Counted from the stretch's first letter, positions 29,236 to 39,804 are shown. The stretch is 64,000 bases of DNA from Patescibacteria group bacterium (GCA_041665145.1 JBAYJK010000001.1:99464-163463); one strand, 5' to 3'. The notes: generated by a model from the letters alone, not told the origin. Translations and numbers: made by a program.

Positions 29236-30777
29236 TGGCCATGTACTTGGAAACGCCGTCCGTTCACTGAACACCAGATATACTGTTTTGGTTTTCGATA
29301 GGTTCACCGCATATGTCAGATCTTCATCCTTCATCGGCCATCGTGGTTCATAACGGATGGGCAATCCCGTGTAGTCCGTATAAATATCCAATGAATAAGG
29401 GAGTAAACCAAACGTTCCTTCGGTGAAAACAACAATTTCTTCCCCGGTTTTTGCTTTGTTTACTAGAAAGTTTTTAATGTCACTCATTCCGTGACCGACC
29501 GAATTTCCTTCAATATATTGTCCCCGATCGACCGGTGGGAACGGAATGTTATTTGGGGAAAACAAAATAGAGTAATCAAAATATGCAACGGACAGGAAAT
29601 AAAGAACAATAAGAATTTTGCTGCCGGTTGATTTCAAGAGGTACACAAATCCGATAAGCAGCGGAACGGTAAGAAAGATGAGGTACCTTGGAAATACCAC
29701 GTTTCCGAAAAGCGAGATTGCGGCAAGCGGGACCAAAATTGCGATATATAAGTAAATAGCAAGATAAACAGGATTGAACACATTAATTTCTTTCTGTTCT
29801 TCGGTTTTGATTCTGAACAACCCCAGTATCTTTTTGAAATACAAAGTAATTCTTCCTCTTTGTGTCAACGCAATTTCCTCGTCCCTGACAAGCATGATAA
29901 TAAGTCCCGCAAGCCCCATGATCGGCAGAATGAATGCACTTTCAACGAAAGTGTATACGGGAATAGTGCGCAAATTGTGGAATAGTGGATCAAACGGGTT
30001 TTTAAGAAAATCTGCAAATGACTTAGTAAAAGCCAAATTCTTCTGTTCAATAAAGTGCATGAACGGAGAAAGTCGCTGAATGTTGTAAACAACGAAGGCA
30101 AGGGCTGCGCTTATGCCGAAAAGGAAGTAATAGTTGCAACATTTTTTGACATAGTCCTTTTCTTTCAGATAAAAGAGGAGTGGGGCAAATAACGGGAATA
30201 TAAAGAAAATACGCATTGTCGACTTACTTAATGTGCCGAGTCCCGCCACCAATCCGAATATAATTGCCACATCAAGGCGTCTGTATTTAATAAGTAATAA
30301 AGAGAACAGTAGTGTCCAGATAAAAAACCCGTTGACCGCAGCGTCCACCAGCGCCATGCGTTCATAAAACAGATAATATGGGTTCAGGATATAAATCAAA
30401 GTTCCGAGGTAGGCGTATTTTTTTCCGAAGAGGTAATACAGAAGAATGAAGACTCCGATTATTGCAAACAAACCACTCACCACTCCGAACAGTCTGCCGG
30501 CAAACAGCGGGTCCGAAAACATTTTAAGCAGCGGGATCGTGGCCCAAGTTTGCAGAGGCTGGCGTCCGTCAGTGAGTGAAACGAATCTCCATGTTGCATC
30601 TTTCCAGGCGAGTCGAGCCCAATGTATATAAATGGCTTCATCAGTAAATATCGTTAGTTTGGTTAGGTTCACGATTCGGGTAGACAGGAATGTCAACAGT
30701 AAAGATGCGATGACCAAAAGGTCTTTCTTGTTCCAGGCAGACTTAAGCTTTTTAATTATTTCAAAAATATCAATCAT
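29170..30777 (-). CDS. ArnT/PMT-like GT-C glycosyltransferase
   Basis: IFTDEAIYIHWA...SLTDGRQPLQTW, i.e. the DE motif and a KPPL-like loop. Confidence 0.6.
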   Translation of the reverse strand: MIDIFEIIKKLKSAWNKKDLLVIASLLLTFLSTRIVNLTKLTIFTDEAIYIHWARLAWKDATWRFVSLTDGRQPLQTWATIPLLKMFSDPLFAGRLFGVVSGLFAIIGVFILLYYLFGKKYAYLGTLIYILNPYYLFYERMALVDAAVNGFFIWTLLFSLLLIKYRRLDVAIIFGLVAGLGTLSKSTMRIFFIFPLFAPLLFYLKEKDYVKKCCNYYFLFGISAALAFVVYNIQRLSPFMHFIEQKNLAFTKSFADFLKNPFDPLFHNLRTIPVYTFVESAFILPIMGLAGLIIMLVRDEEIALTQRGRITLYFKKILGLFRIKTEEQKEINVFNPVYLAIYLYIAILVPLAAISLFGNVVFPRYLIFLTVPLLIGFVYLLKSTGSKILIVLYFLSVAYFDYSILFSPNNIPFPPVDRGQYIEGNSVGHGMSDIKNFLVNKAKTGEEIVVFTEGTFGLLPYSLDIYTDYTGLPIRYEPRWPMKDEDLTYAVNLSKTKTVYLVFSERTAFPSTWPLRLLQRFPRPSGNVVYLFGLK

Positions 30778-32251
30778 GTTTAAGTAAACTCATGTCTGAA
30801 TAATGACCGATTCTTGTGAACTTCTTTCCTTTCAGTAATTGTACATCATTATCGTAGATACTTGCACATTCAAATTTCGAAAAAGCTTGGAGAAATTCAC
30901 CGGTATAATAAAAGAACTCAAGCCTCCCTTGAAAATAGAATACCATACTCGGGTGGTCGCCCCACCAATCCGTAGTGGTAATGGTTAAACCAAGTTTTTT
31001 CAGCGTGTTGTACGTATTTCTCGTCGATGGAGAAACAAGTACGGCTAAACTTGAGCACTTATTGTGTGCATCTTTTGAAATAAGTATATGCGGATCATAA
31101 CCGGAATAGTATGTTGTGAAAAAAGCACTTTTCACGAAAGCGACGTAAATAATCGAAGCTGAAAGTATTAGAAAAAATGCTCCAAAAAGAATCCGTTTTT
31201 TTGCAAACACAAATAACGGGTACGCGGCAAAGAAAAAGAATTGAGGAACAACGGGATACAGATACCACGAAATTTTTGTTTTCGTCAGATTCAAGAAAAT
31301 GAACCATGGAACGAATGCCATGCCCAGAAAGTAAGTCTCATCGGATACCTTTTTTTTGAACCACTGAACGGTAAATAAAACAAATCCGATTATTGAAGGG
31401 AAAATAAATACACCTAGTTGCTCTCTGAGTAAGTCGATATAAAAGGTCTTTTGACCGAAATGAGATTCGATGGAGGCGGTAACCCGACGAAAGTGGCTTT
31501 CAATGATATGTGCGTGCCAAAATTTTTGTTTGTACAGAATGAGCATTACTACGTACCACAGAGTAAGCAATGCACCTTGCACGATGAGAATTTTTATTCT
31601 TCTCCTAAATTCCGGTAGGGCTATTTCTTTCTTGAATAACAAAAAGAATAAAAAAAGAGCGTAAATGCCCAGAGGATAGAATCCTAGTAACGATTTGCTT
31701 TGAACACTGAGAAACAGAAACAGTACTGAAACAACGGGGTTATGTATGAACACTAGGTATCCAACCCAACCGAGTAACAAGAATATATCGAGACTAACTA
31801 CCTGGGATCGTTGGAGGAAAATGGGCGAGTAGGCAGTTGCGATGAGGGTAAGCGTTGCTATAAAACTTTTTCTAGTCACTCGGTAATACAGTATGTACAG
31901 CAGAATGAAAATCACTGTAGTTGTCGCTAACACGAGTAATCGGGCGCTGATTTCGGGTTGAACAGGCAGACCAAGTGTGACGATCCCGTAGAAAAGTGAG
32001 GATAGAGGAGGTTTGTCGAACCAGATTTTTCCTTGCCACACAGGGGCGAGAAAAAAATTGTTTTGAACCATTTCTCTACCGACTTGGACATACAACGACT
32101 CATCCCAATCGAAAAAAGGCCTGACAGAGCTGATTAACTTGAATGCTGTTGTTACAAAGAAAAAAGTCAAAAACAGAATGATACTCCAATGCTCAAGAAA
32201 GTATTTTTTTATACGGTTCGTCAGTCGTATTTTTTGGTTATGTCGTTCCAT
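30770..32251 (-). CDS. ArnT/PMT-like GT-C glycosyltransferase (GT39/GT83)
   Basis: FDWDESLYVQVGREM...IWFDKPPL, a textbook DE...KPPL signature. Confidence 0.75.
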   Translation of the reverse strand: MERHNQKIRLTNRIKKYFLEHWSIILFLTFFFVTTAFKLISSVRPFFDWDESLYVQVGREMVQNNFFLAPVWQGKIWFDKPPLSSLFYGIVTLGLPVQPEISARLLVLATTTVIFILLYILYYRVTRKSFIATLTLIATAYSPIFLQRSQVVSLDIFLLLGWVGYLVFIHNPVVSVLFLFLSVQSKSLLGFYPLGIYALFLFFLLFKKEIALPEFRRRIKILIVQGALLTLWYVVMLILYKQKFWHAHIIESHFRRVTASIESHFGQKTFYIDLLREQLGVFIFPSIIGFVLFTVQWFKKKVSDETYFLGMAFVPWFIFLNLTKTKISWYLYPVVPQFFFFAAYPLFVFAKKRILFGAFFLILSASIIYVAFVKSAFFTTYYSGYDPHILISKDAHNKCSSLAVLVSPSTRNTYNTLKKLGLTITTTDWWGDHPSMVFYFQGRLEFFYYTGEFLQAFSKFECASIYDNDVQLLKGKKFTRIGHYSDMSLLKHD

Positions 32252-32967
32252 TTGATCACGATAATATCCCGGAGTGTTTCAAACGTATCTTTTATGAAAT
32301 TAACGTTTTTTGTCTCCACATGCCTCCATACAACCGGGATCTCTGTAATTTTACAGCGGAGTTTTTTTGCTATAAACAAAAATTCAAGGTCGAACCCGGC
32401 GCTTACCGAAGAACCTTTAATTTCTTTTTCCGTGCCGAAAACCCGCATTTTTTTGATTATTGTCAGTGCCTTTTCGCGATTGAATATCTTAAATCCGCAC
32501 TGGGTGTCTCGTATGCCATGTAATCCGATTACAATATTCCGAATAATCATAAATCCCCGTGCCATTATTTTTCTGGTAAGCGGTGCTCCTTCTCTTGTTG
32601 AGCTTCTGGATCCGATAACGATATCCGCTCCACGTTCAGCGGAAGCAATAAGCTTGTCTGCTTCTTCAATGGGAGTTGCGAGATCGATGTCAGAAAACAA
32701 CACGTGAGTACCTTTAGCTTGCTTTATGCCTTCCATTACGGTGAAGGCTTTTCCGGAGTGGACCTTTTGAACAAGCTTCAAAAGTGGGAGCTCCTTAAGA
32801 TAATCTTTTTTAATTACATCAATACTTTGATCGGTTGACCCGTCATCGACGATAAGAATTTCACATATTTCCGGGTGGTGTTTAGCATAGTGAACAACCC
32901 GATCAACAACTCCTTTTTGCAGATTCTTTATTTCATTGTAAATCGGAAGTATCAGCGAAACTTTCAT
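32221..32967 (-). CDS. Dpm1-like polyprenyl-phosphate mannose/glucose synthase (soluble GT2)
   Basis: SLILPIYNEIKNL, LIVDDGSTDQS, FSDIDLATPIEE; no TM segments. Confidence 0.75.
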   Translation of the reverse strand: MKVSLILPIYNEIKNLQKGVVDRVVHYAKHHPEICEILIVDDGSTDQSIDVIKKDYLKELPLLKLVQKVHSGKAFTVMEGIKQAKGTHVLFSDIDLATPIEEADKLIASAERGADIVIGSRSSTREGAPLTRKIMARGFMIIRNIVIGLHGIRDTQCGFKIFNREKALTIIKKMRVFGTEKEIKGSSVSAGFDLEFLFIAKKLRCKITEIPVVWRHVETKNVNFIKDTFETLRDIIVIKWNDITKKYD

Positions 32968-34445
32968 GGTGTATGAATAAGTTTATAAACCTTGATGTCA
33001 TTAATCTGCCATATTGTATCAATTTTTGATTTGCCGAACATAGTGATGTTCCATGAGGGGGAGTTGATGATTCTGCACGGTTCTTTTGCGCAGATAACAA
33101 ACATCTGCTCTGTAATCTCAACTTTCGTTCGATCTGCCGGTCGGAGACCTGCACGTTCGAGAAAGTATACAACCGTATCCTCTTCATATTCTATCGGCCA
33201 GCTGGCGAAATTAAAGGGTTTATTTTTTATTTTTGGAGCAATAAAGTGCGCGATTTTCTCTGCCCGTTCTACCTGTCTACTTCCTTCGGAAAAATATATT
33301 TTGAACTGCCTGAAGTTTGTGTTGGCATATAACCCCGCCACAATCAGAACAGAGAACAATATGAATCTCTTTTTAGTAATCGTCGATACGAGATATCCGA
33401 TTGTTGCATAGAAGGGAATATAAATCGGCGTAAAATAATGCGGGTAGCGCGGACTTTGAATGAGCGCGAACATCAGTAAAAAGCACACAATGCTGAGAAA
33501 GTTGATAGTAAAGAAAATATTTCTGCTCTTCTTGATGTACCATAACGAGCTTCCCAGAAATATGATTAACACAAGTACAGTCAACAAGTAAGGGAGAGGA
33601 ACAACGAATATATGACTGAAAAATGCGATGAGTGTTTCGCGTAAGCGGTCAATATAACTGCTGTGATTTGCAAGCGAACCTTGTTGGAACAAGCCCATGA
33701 AAGCCTTTGAATTAATGAACCCGTGTCTTATATCGAACCAAATGAGCGGGAAAAGAGCTGCAGCAAAACCGACCGTTGCAACTGCATAATTAAGAATTAT
33801 TTCACGTCGTTTTTTTACAAATACTAATTTTGTGAGTAAGACTGTGGCCAGTAATGGAGAAATCATCAGGCTAAGGTAGTGGAGTTGAACCGAAAAACCG
33901 TAGAGGAAAAAAATCGTGAAGACAATTATTTTAGAAGGTTTTTTCCACCATAATGCGGTGAGCCAAACAATCAAAAAGGAAAAAATAGGCAGAGGATTTG
34001 GATTCCATGAAAACCGTGAGAATTCGATATTGACTGCTGAAAATCCGACCATAAACAACATTACCAAGGCTGCTGTTCTATTTTCTTTTACAACAAATAC
34101 ATACGCAAGCAAATATCCGACGATAGAGTAGAACAAGACGCCGTAAGCAAGTCCGACCGGATTAAAATTCCATAATAATAGAAATGGTGCCACCAGATAG
34201 TAATAGAACGGGCCAAGAAATACTGTACCAATGGATGTGGTCGGTCCGATCGCCGGAAAATGTCGAAAAGTGACAATGTCTGCTATTACCCGTGCGTCCC
34301 GCCCTTGATCACCGAGAAACGTGACGTGTTGATCAAAGTTAATGATGCGAAAAAGCAGGGCAATTAACAGTAGTGCCATAGCAAGACGATTCTTTTTTAT
34401 AAAAAGAAGGAGCTTTGCTACAATAGTATTGATGGTTAAGCGCAT
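32964..34445 (-). CDS. Polytopic membrane protein, putative GT-C ('GDQGRD' paralog family)
   Basis: FLGDQGRDARVIADI...GPTTSIGTVFLGPFYYY aligns with the 6166 and 19300 proteins. The start is uncertain (M at 34445, 34379 or 34550) because of a divergent overlap with the next gene. Confidence 0.5.
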   Translation of the reverse strand: MRLTINTIVAKLLLFIKKNRLAMALLLIALLFRIINFDQHVTFLGDQGRDARVIADIVTFRHFPAIGPTTSIGTVFLGPFYYYLVAPFLLLWNFNPVGLAYGVLFYSIVGYLLAYVFVVKENRTAALVMLFMVGFSAVNIEFSRFSWNPNPLPIFSFLIVWLTALWWKKPSKIIVFTIFFLYGFSVQLHYLSLMISPLLATVLLTKLVFVKKRREIILNYAVATVGFAAALFPLIWFDIRHGFINSKAFMGLFQQGSLANHSSYIDRLRETLIAFFSHIFVVPLPYLLTVLVLIIFLGSSLWYIKKSRNIFFTINFLSIVCFLLMFALIQSPRYPHYFTPIYIPFYATIGYLVSTITKKRFILFSVLIVAGLYANTNFRQFKIYFSEGSRQVERAEKIAHFIAPKIKNKPFNFASWPIEYEEDTVVYFLERAGLRPADRTKVEITEQMFVICAKEPCRIINSPSWNITMFGKSKIDTIWQINDIKVYKLIHTP

Positions 34446-35571
34446 ACTTCCATATTGTATTATATCTGCAGTCGTTTTGCTGAGTACCTTTATACTATGG
34501 TTGCCGTTTCTTTTACGCGTCAGCGCGATAGGTTCCATACCTACACCCAATCTTTCGTTTCTTGATGTGTATAAACACTGGGACGGTGTGCTTTACGTAG
34601 TTGTTGCCAAGACATTCTATAATATTCAGAGTCCCTTATTGCAAGACAGTCTATTAGCAATTCCCCTCTCACCGCAATATTTTGCCGCACATTTACCCCT
34701 GTATCCGTTTCTGATATGGTTAGGTAGTGTTGTGATCGGCTACTTGAAAAGTATGGTTCTGTGGCCGGTTATATTTGCCTGTCTGTATGGCGGAGCTGTC
34801 TACAATTTCAGTAAAAAATTGAAGCTTACCGATCATCCGCTTATCTTGGCGATTGTGGCTTTGTTTGTTACTCCCAGATTCTTCATCGTCAGATCTGTCG
34901 GCGCACCGGAAACAATATTCTTATTTTTTGTTGTCATGTCACTGTATTTTTTTCTACAGGAAAAGTATTGGTATGCGGGCTTCATGGGAGCTTTGGCATT
35001 CTTAACGAAAAGCCCGGGGATTTTGCTTTTCATCGGATACTCAATGTACTTTGCTGAAGAGCTCATTAAAACAAGAAAAATAAAGCTATCTTGGCTGGGG
35101 ATTTCGCTCATTCCGTTGGCATTCGTTGGTTTATGTACGTTGTATGCGGTACAAATGAATGATTTTCTTGCCTATTTTCATTCCGGAGATAATATCCACC
35201 TGCTGTTTCCACCTTTTCAGGTTTTTAACAGCAAGGCCAATTGGGTGGGTTCAGCCCGATTGGAAGAAATTCTTTTCATTTTTGTCTTCTATATTCTGGC
35301 TCTCATTACCGTGTGGGGAAACAGAAGACTGCGACCGGTTTTCTATACAATGCTGGTTTTTTTCCTCGCAATCATCAGCGTACAGCATATAGATATTGCT
35401 CGGTACAGTTTGCCGCTCTTGCCTTTTGCTCTGGTTATTTTTGAGAAGTTTTTTACTTCAAGAAAATTTTTGATTGCGCTCGTGGTGTTGCTTCCGGCGG
35501 TGTATATGTATGCCTGGAATTTTATGCTGTACAACCAAGCACCGATCACTCTATGGGGTCCGCTTATGTAA
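34432..35571 (+). CDS. Polytopic membrane protein, PIG-V/GT-C-like mannosyltransferase candidate
   Basis: First-loop motif YKHWDGVLYVVVAKTFY and 9-10 TM helices. The start is taken at MVKR (34432) rather than the ORF-track 34342. Confidence 0.4.
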   Translation: MVKRILPYCIISAVVLLSTFILWLPFLLRVSAIGSIPTPNLSFLDVYKHWDGVLYVVVAKTFYNIQSPLLQDSLLAIPLSPQYFAAHLPLYPFLIWLGSVVIGYLKSMVLWPVIFACLYGGAVYNFSKKLKLTDHPLILAIVALFVTPRFFIVRSVGAPETIFLFFVVMSLYFFLQEKYWYAGFMGALAFLTKSPGILLFIGYSMYFAEELIKTRKIKLSWLGISLIPLAFVGLCTLYAVQMNDFLAYFHSGDNIHLLFPPFQVFNSKANWVGSARLEEILFIFVFYILALITVWGNRRLRPVFYTMLVFFLAIISVQHIDIARYSLPLLPFALVIFEKFFTSRKFLIALVVLLPAVYMYAWNFMLYNQAPITLWGPLM

Positions 35572-36696
35572 CTATTTCTTCTTCCAAATGATCTTGTTGT
35601 ACATGAAGTACGAATAGGGAATGATCAAAAAAGCGATGATACCGATTTTGTAGATAATCCATGTAGGAACTCCCAGAAGCACCGTATCGCCAAGAAGAAG
35701 CAAAGCAACATACATTCCGACCGCCTGAATCAGAATATTGCCGGATGATACGATGTTGAAAAGCAGAAGCTTCGGTACGAATGCCGTCAATCCACCGGTA
35801 ATCTGTTTATGTCTGAAGCTCCAAAAATTATTAAGGAAGAAGTTACAGATAATTGCAAATTCCGAACTTATACCGTTTGCCAGGGGCTTGTTGTCAGTTA
35901 TAAATTTGATGAGTACATATGCAATGCTAAAATCTATGCCGAAGCCGATGAAACCAACAATAACAAATTTAACAAAACCGGAGTTCTGTAAAAGATAACC
36001 GAAGATGTTTGTTATAAACTCGCGGGCATTGATTTTTGAAACTCCTTTTTCTCTGTCAACGAACTTCAGAGGAACTTCCTCGATGATGGCGTTTTTCTTG
36101 ATTGCTTTGTCGAGAAGTGCGATCTGGAAAATATATCCGTTATATTTCTCAAGATCGGTCAACATGTCTTTCACGACCCACGCCCGAATCGCGCGGTAAC
36201 CCGAACTCCAATCATGAACCTTGAGATTCATGAATCCGAACCGAATAAACAGATTGGCAGTTATCGAATAAATTTTTCGGTTCAAACCCCAGTTTGCCGG
36301 TATTCCGCCGCCTTTCATGTACCGTGATCCGATAACAAAATCTGCCCCTTCCTCAATTTTTTTTAGCATTACCGGAATGAGCAGCGGATCGTGTGAAAGA
36401 TCAGCATCCATTTCAAACAGGACAAACGGGTTGAGTTTTTCAAGCGCATTTCGGAAACCGTTTACATATGCTTTTCCGAGTCCTTGTTTCTTGCCGATGA
36501 TAAGATGAAGGTTCTTGGTTCCCCCCATAAGTTTCTTTACTATTTTTCCCGTCCCGTCAGGGGAGGAATCATCGACCACCATAATCTGTATATCCCAGTT
36601 ATGCACCGTTCGAATAATTTTATTGAGAGACTCCAGCATTTTTTCTATATTGCCGGCTTCGTTATAGGTCGGTAATACTACAACAGCTTTTTTCAT
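35572..36696 (-). CDS. Dpm1-like polyprenyl-phosphate glycosyltransferase fused to GtrA-like membrane domain
   Basis: VVLPTYNEAGNIEKM, MVVDDSSPDGT, EMDADLSHDP, then a C-terminal 4-TM GtrA-like region. Confidence 0.8.
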   Translation of the reverse strand: MKKAVVVLPTYNEAGNIEKMLESLNKIIRTVHNWDIQIMVVDDSSPDGTGKIVKKLMGGTKNLHLIIGKKQGLGKAYVNGFRNALEKLNPFVLFEMDADLSHDPLLIPVMLKKIEEGADFVIGSRYMKGGGIPANWGLNRKIYSITANLFIRFGFMNLKVHDWSSGYRAIRAWVVKDMLTDLEKYNGYIFQIALLDKAIKKNAIIEEVPLKFVDREKGVSKINAREFITNIFGYLLQNSGFVKFVIVGFIGFGIDFSIAYVLIKFITDNKPLANGISSEFAIICNFFLNNFWSFRHKQITGGLTAFVPKLLLFNIVSSGNILIQAVGMYVALLLLGDTVLLGVPTWIIYKIGIIAFLIIPYSYFMYNKIIWKKK

Positions 36697-37643
36697 AGTG
36701 AGAATCTGTTTTTGAAATAAGTAATAGTATACTGCAATCCCTGTTCAAGTGAAATAACAGGCTGCCATCCGAGAAGTTTATGAACTTTTTCCATATGTGG
36801 GTTTCTCTTCTTCGGGTCGTCCTGAGGAAGTTTTTTGAAAACTATTTCCGAATCCGATGCGGTAAGCTTTTTTATAAGCAGTGCAATTTCATGTATAGTA
36901 TGTTCCATAGGATTACCGAGGTTCACAACCTCTCCGGGAATGGGTTCTTGTCCTGCTGCGACAAGACCCAAAACGAGATCCTCAACATAACAGAAAGATC
37001 TGGTTTGGGAGCCGTCACCATAAATAGTTATCGGTCTGTCGGTGAGTGACTGGACAATAAAATTTGAAATAACACGACCATCCTCTTTTTCCATGTTCGG
37101 ACCGTATGTATTGAAAATACGGACCGTCCGAGTATCCACTCCATACTTGCTGTGGTAGACATAGCATAGAGTTTCTCCCAAGCGCTTTGACTCGTCATAA
37201 CAGGAACGGGGGCCGCGTGTATTTACATTTCCCCAATACGTTTCCTTTTGTGGATGTTCCAAAGGGTCGCCGTATATTTCTGAAGTTGAAGCGTATACGA
37301 GTCGGGCCTTTTTTTTATGGGCAAGCTCAAGCAAGAAGGATGTTCCCATAGAATTTGCTTTCAATGTTTCAAGGGGAAACCGTGCGTACTGTATTGGGGA
37401 GGCCGGCGAGGCGAGGTGGTAAACGAGATCGATCTCAATGTTCGAGAGAGCCTCAAAACTTTTGTGTGACGTGATGTCAGCATTGATGAACAAAAAGCTC
37501 TTGTTGTCTGAAAACTGTTTGATATTTTCCACGGAACTTGTGATGAGATTATCGATGACGGTTACAGAGTGTCCGGTATTCAGCAAGTGCTTGGTAAGGT
37601 TTGATCCTATAAATCCACAGCCACCCGCTATGAGAATATTCAT
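36693..37643 (-). CDS. uxs: UDP-glucuronate decarboxylase (UDP-xylose synthase)
   Basis: GGCGFIGSNL, YASTSEIYGDP, and the near-diagnostic QKETYWGNVNTRGPRSCYDESKR plus GDGSQTRSFCYV, which is a very close match to the UXS signature. Confidence 0.85.
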   Translation of the reverse strand: MNILIAGGCGFIGSNLTKHLLNTGHSVTVIDNLITSSVENIKQFSDNKSFLFINADITSHKSFEALSNIEIDLVYHLASPASPIQYARFPLETLKANSMGTSFLLELAHKKKARLVYASTSEIYGDPLEHPQKETYWGNVNTRGPRSCYDESKRLGETLCYVYHSKYGVDTRTVRIFNTYGPNMEKEDGRVISNFIVQSLTDRPITIYGDGSQTRSFCYVEDLVLGLVAAGQEPIPGEVVNLGNPMEHTIHEIALLIKKLTASDSEIVFKKLPQDDPKKRNPHMEKVHKLLGWQPVISLEQGLQYTITYFKNRFSL

Positions 37644-38965
37644 ATCTCTGAAATAACCGGCTTTCTGCCGATAGAATAATACATAAATCCCGCTTTGGCC
37701 ATTATCGCGGGCTCATAAATATTTCTTCCGTCAAACACGAGAGGAGTTTTCATGAGTTCTTTGACTTTTTTCAGATCCGCCTGCTTAAATTCGTTCCACT
37801 CGGTGAGAATGCACAATGCGTCTGCATTTTGCAATGCTTCATACGGATCTTCTGCGTAATTCAGAGAGTCGCCGAACGTTCTTCGGATATGTTTTGTAGC
37901 TTCAGGATCATATACTGACAATTGGTAGCCATGGTGTAGAAGTGCTTTTATAATCGATACGGAAGGGGCTTCGCGGATGTCATCGGTATTCGGTTTAAAA
38001 CTTAATCCCCAGATAGCAATGTTCTTTCCGGCGATATGTTCATGCACTTTATCTACAAACTGTTCACGTGCCTGTTTATTGATTTTTTCGACCGACTCCA
38101 AGAGCTCCACATCAAGCTTCAACCCTTTGCCGGAATGAGTAAGAGCCTTAACATCTTTCGGGAAACACGCCCCTCCGTAACCAATTCCAGCATACAAAAA
38201 CATGCGCCCTATTCGTTTGTCAAAACCCACCGCATCCAATACGGTTTCAACGTCAGCTCCGGTTTTTTCACAATAGAAAGATATGAGATTTGCAAACGAA
38301 ATCTTAGTAGCCAACATCGAATTTGAGGTATATTTAATTAACTCTGCGCTCGCAAGGTCGGTAACTACCCGCTTTCCGGGTAATGGCTTGTGGAGCTCGA
38401 GAATAAGGTTGATGGCTTTTTGTGAATGCGACCCGATAACTACGCGATCCGGGTTTAAAGTATCATACAGGCCTGTCCCTTCACGGAGAAATTCGGGACA
38501 TGAAGCAACTGCAAATTGCGCATCCTTCGGTTTGATGTCCGTAATAATTTCTTCAACCCGCTTGTTTGTTCCGACAGGAACGGTGCTTTTACAGGAAACG
38601 ACGGTAAAACCATTCTTGAGATTTTGTCCTATTTTCTGAGCAACATCAAAAACTGTGGAAAGATCAGCATCTCCGTTTGTTTTTGAAGGTGTTCCTACGG
38701 TTATAAACACAATTTCAGATTCCTGAATAGCGGGGTCGTAATCCGTCGTGAAAAACAAACGTTCTGCAGCAATATTCTTTTTCAGCATTTCCTGCAACCC
38801 GGGCTCAAAAATGATCGGATCTCCGTTTTTTAGGCGGTTTATCTTGTCTTGTGTATGTCCGACGACCCACACCTTGTTACCGAAGTCGGCGAAGATACAC
38901 GCCGTCACTAGTCCGACGTAACCGTGTCCAACGAATGTTATTGTCATAGGAGTATATGATACCAA
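37640..38965 (-). CDS. ugd: UDP-glucose 6-dehydrogenase
   Basis: N-terminal Rossmann GHGYVGL and the catalytic GGACFPKDV motif; 441 aa. Confidence 0.85.
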   Translation of the reverse strand: MVSYTPMTITFVGHGYVGLVTACIFADFGNKVWVVGHTQDKINRLKNGDPIIFEPGLQEMLKKNIAAERLFFTTDYDPAIQESEIVFITVGTPSKTNGDADLSTVFDVAQKIGQNLKNGFTVVSCKSTVPVGTNKRVEEIITDIKPKDAQFAVASCPEFLREGTGLYDTLNPDRVVIGSHSQKAINLILELHKPLPGKRVVTDLASAELIKYTSNSMLATKISFANLISFYCEKTGADVETVLDAVGFDKRIGRMFLYAGIGYGGACFPKDVKALTHSGKGLKLDVELLESVEKINKQAREQFVDKVHEHIAGKNIAIWGLSFKPNTDDIREAPSVSIIKALLHHGYQLSVYDPEATKHIRRTFGDSLNYAEDPYEALQNADALCILTEWNEFKQADLKKVKELMKTPLVFDGRNIYEPAIMAKAGFMYYSIGRKPVISEI

Positions 38966-38982
38966 ATATGACCGTGTTTTGC

Positions 38983-39804
38983 TTAAATGGCTTTCAGGCC
39001 ATCTTCAAACGAATGCATCGGAATAAAGGCAATTTTATTGCTTACTATTTTACTCATTTTCGGGCGTAACGCTTTACCTGTAAAATACTCGTCATATGTT
39101 GTCTGAGTTATTGGTGAAGCATCCAACCCGTATTTCTGAGCTATCAGTTTTCCCGCTTCATACGGGGAAAGCGAACTGCTTCCGACGAGGTGGAAAAGGG
39201 AAGGTGAATAATGGTTACATAAGTATGCCAAACCATGCGCGATATCATCGATATACGTGGGGGTAAAAATGCTGTCGGTCACCATAGCGAGTGGAACTTT
39301 TTTGGTGAGCAACGCACGAATACGCTGCACAAAATCGGGTTTTCCGCCATATGGGGCGCGATACGGGTAGCTTATCCGTACTATCATTCCCTTGTTTTTC
39401 ACGATTAACTCTCCTTCATGTTTGGTTTGGCCGTAATAGCCGAGGGGATGCGGCGCGCTGTCTTCGTTATAAAACTGCTCTTTTCCGTCGAAAACAAAAT
39501 CGGTTGAGATGTAGATAAACGGTTTTGATTTTCTTTGTGTTTCAGTAAACAAGTTTCTAGTTCCCGTGACATTTATACCGTAGGCAAGTTCTTTATTGTT
39601 TTCCGCTTGATCAACGTTGGTGTAAGCAGCCAAATGAAGAAGGAGATCATATTCTGTATGTTCAAGTGCCTCGTGAACGGAATCGGGCTTTGTTATATCA
39701 CATAAAGCTTGTGTGAGTGGGATAAGCTCAAATTGTTTTCCAAGTATCTCGACAATACGCGAGCCAACAAGACCAGTAGAGCCGGTTATGACAACTCTCT
39801 TCAT
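38983..39804 (-). CDS. rmlD: dTDP-4-dehydrorhamnose reductase-like (RmlD family) 4-ketoreductase
   Basis: ITGSTGLVGS Rossmann motif and ISTDFVFDGK (RmlD STDYVFDG motif). The protein is short at 273 aa. Confidence 0.7.
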   Translation of the reverse strand: MKRVVITGSTGLVGSRIVEILGKQFELIPLTQALCDITKPDSVHEALEHTEYDLLLHLAAYTNVDQAENNKELAYGINVTGTRNLFTETQRKSKPFIYISTDFVFDGKEQFYNEDSAPHPLGYYGQTKHEGELIVKNKGMIVRISYPYRAPYGGKPDFVQRIRALLTKKVPLAMVTDSIFTPTYIDDIAHGLAYLCNHYSPSLFHLVGSSSLSPYEAGKLIAQKYGLDASPITQTTYDEYFTGKALRPKMSKIVSNKIAFIPMHSFEDGLKAI

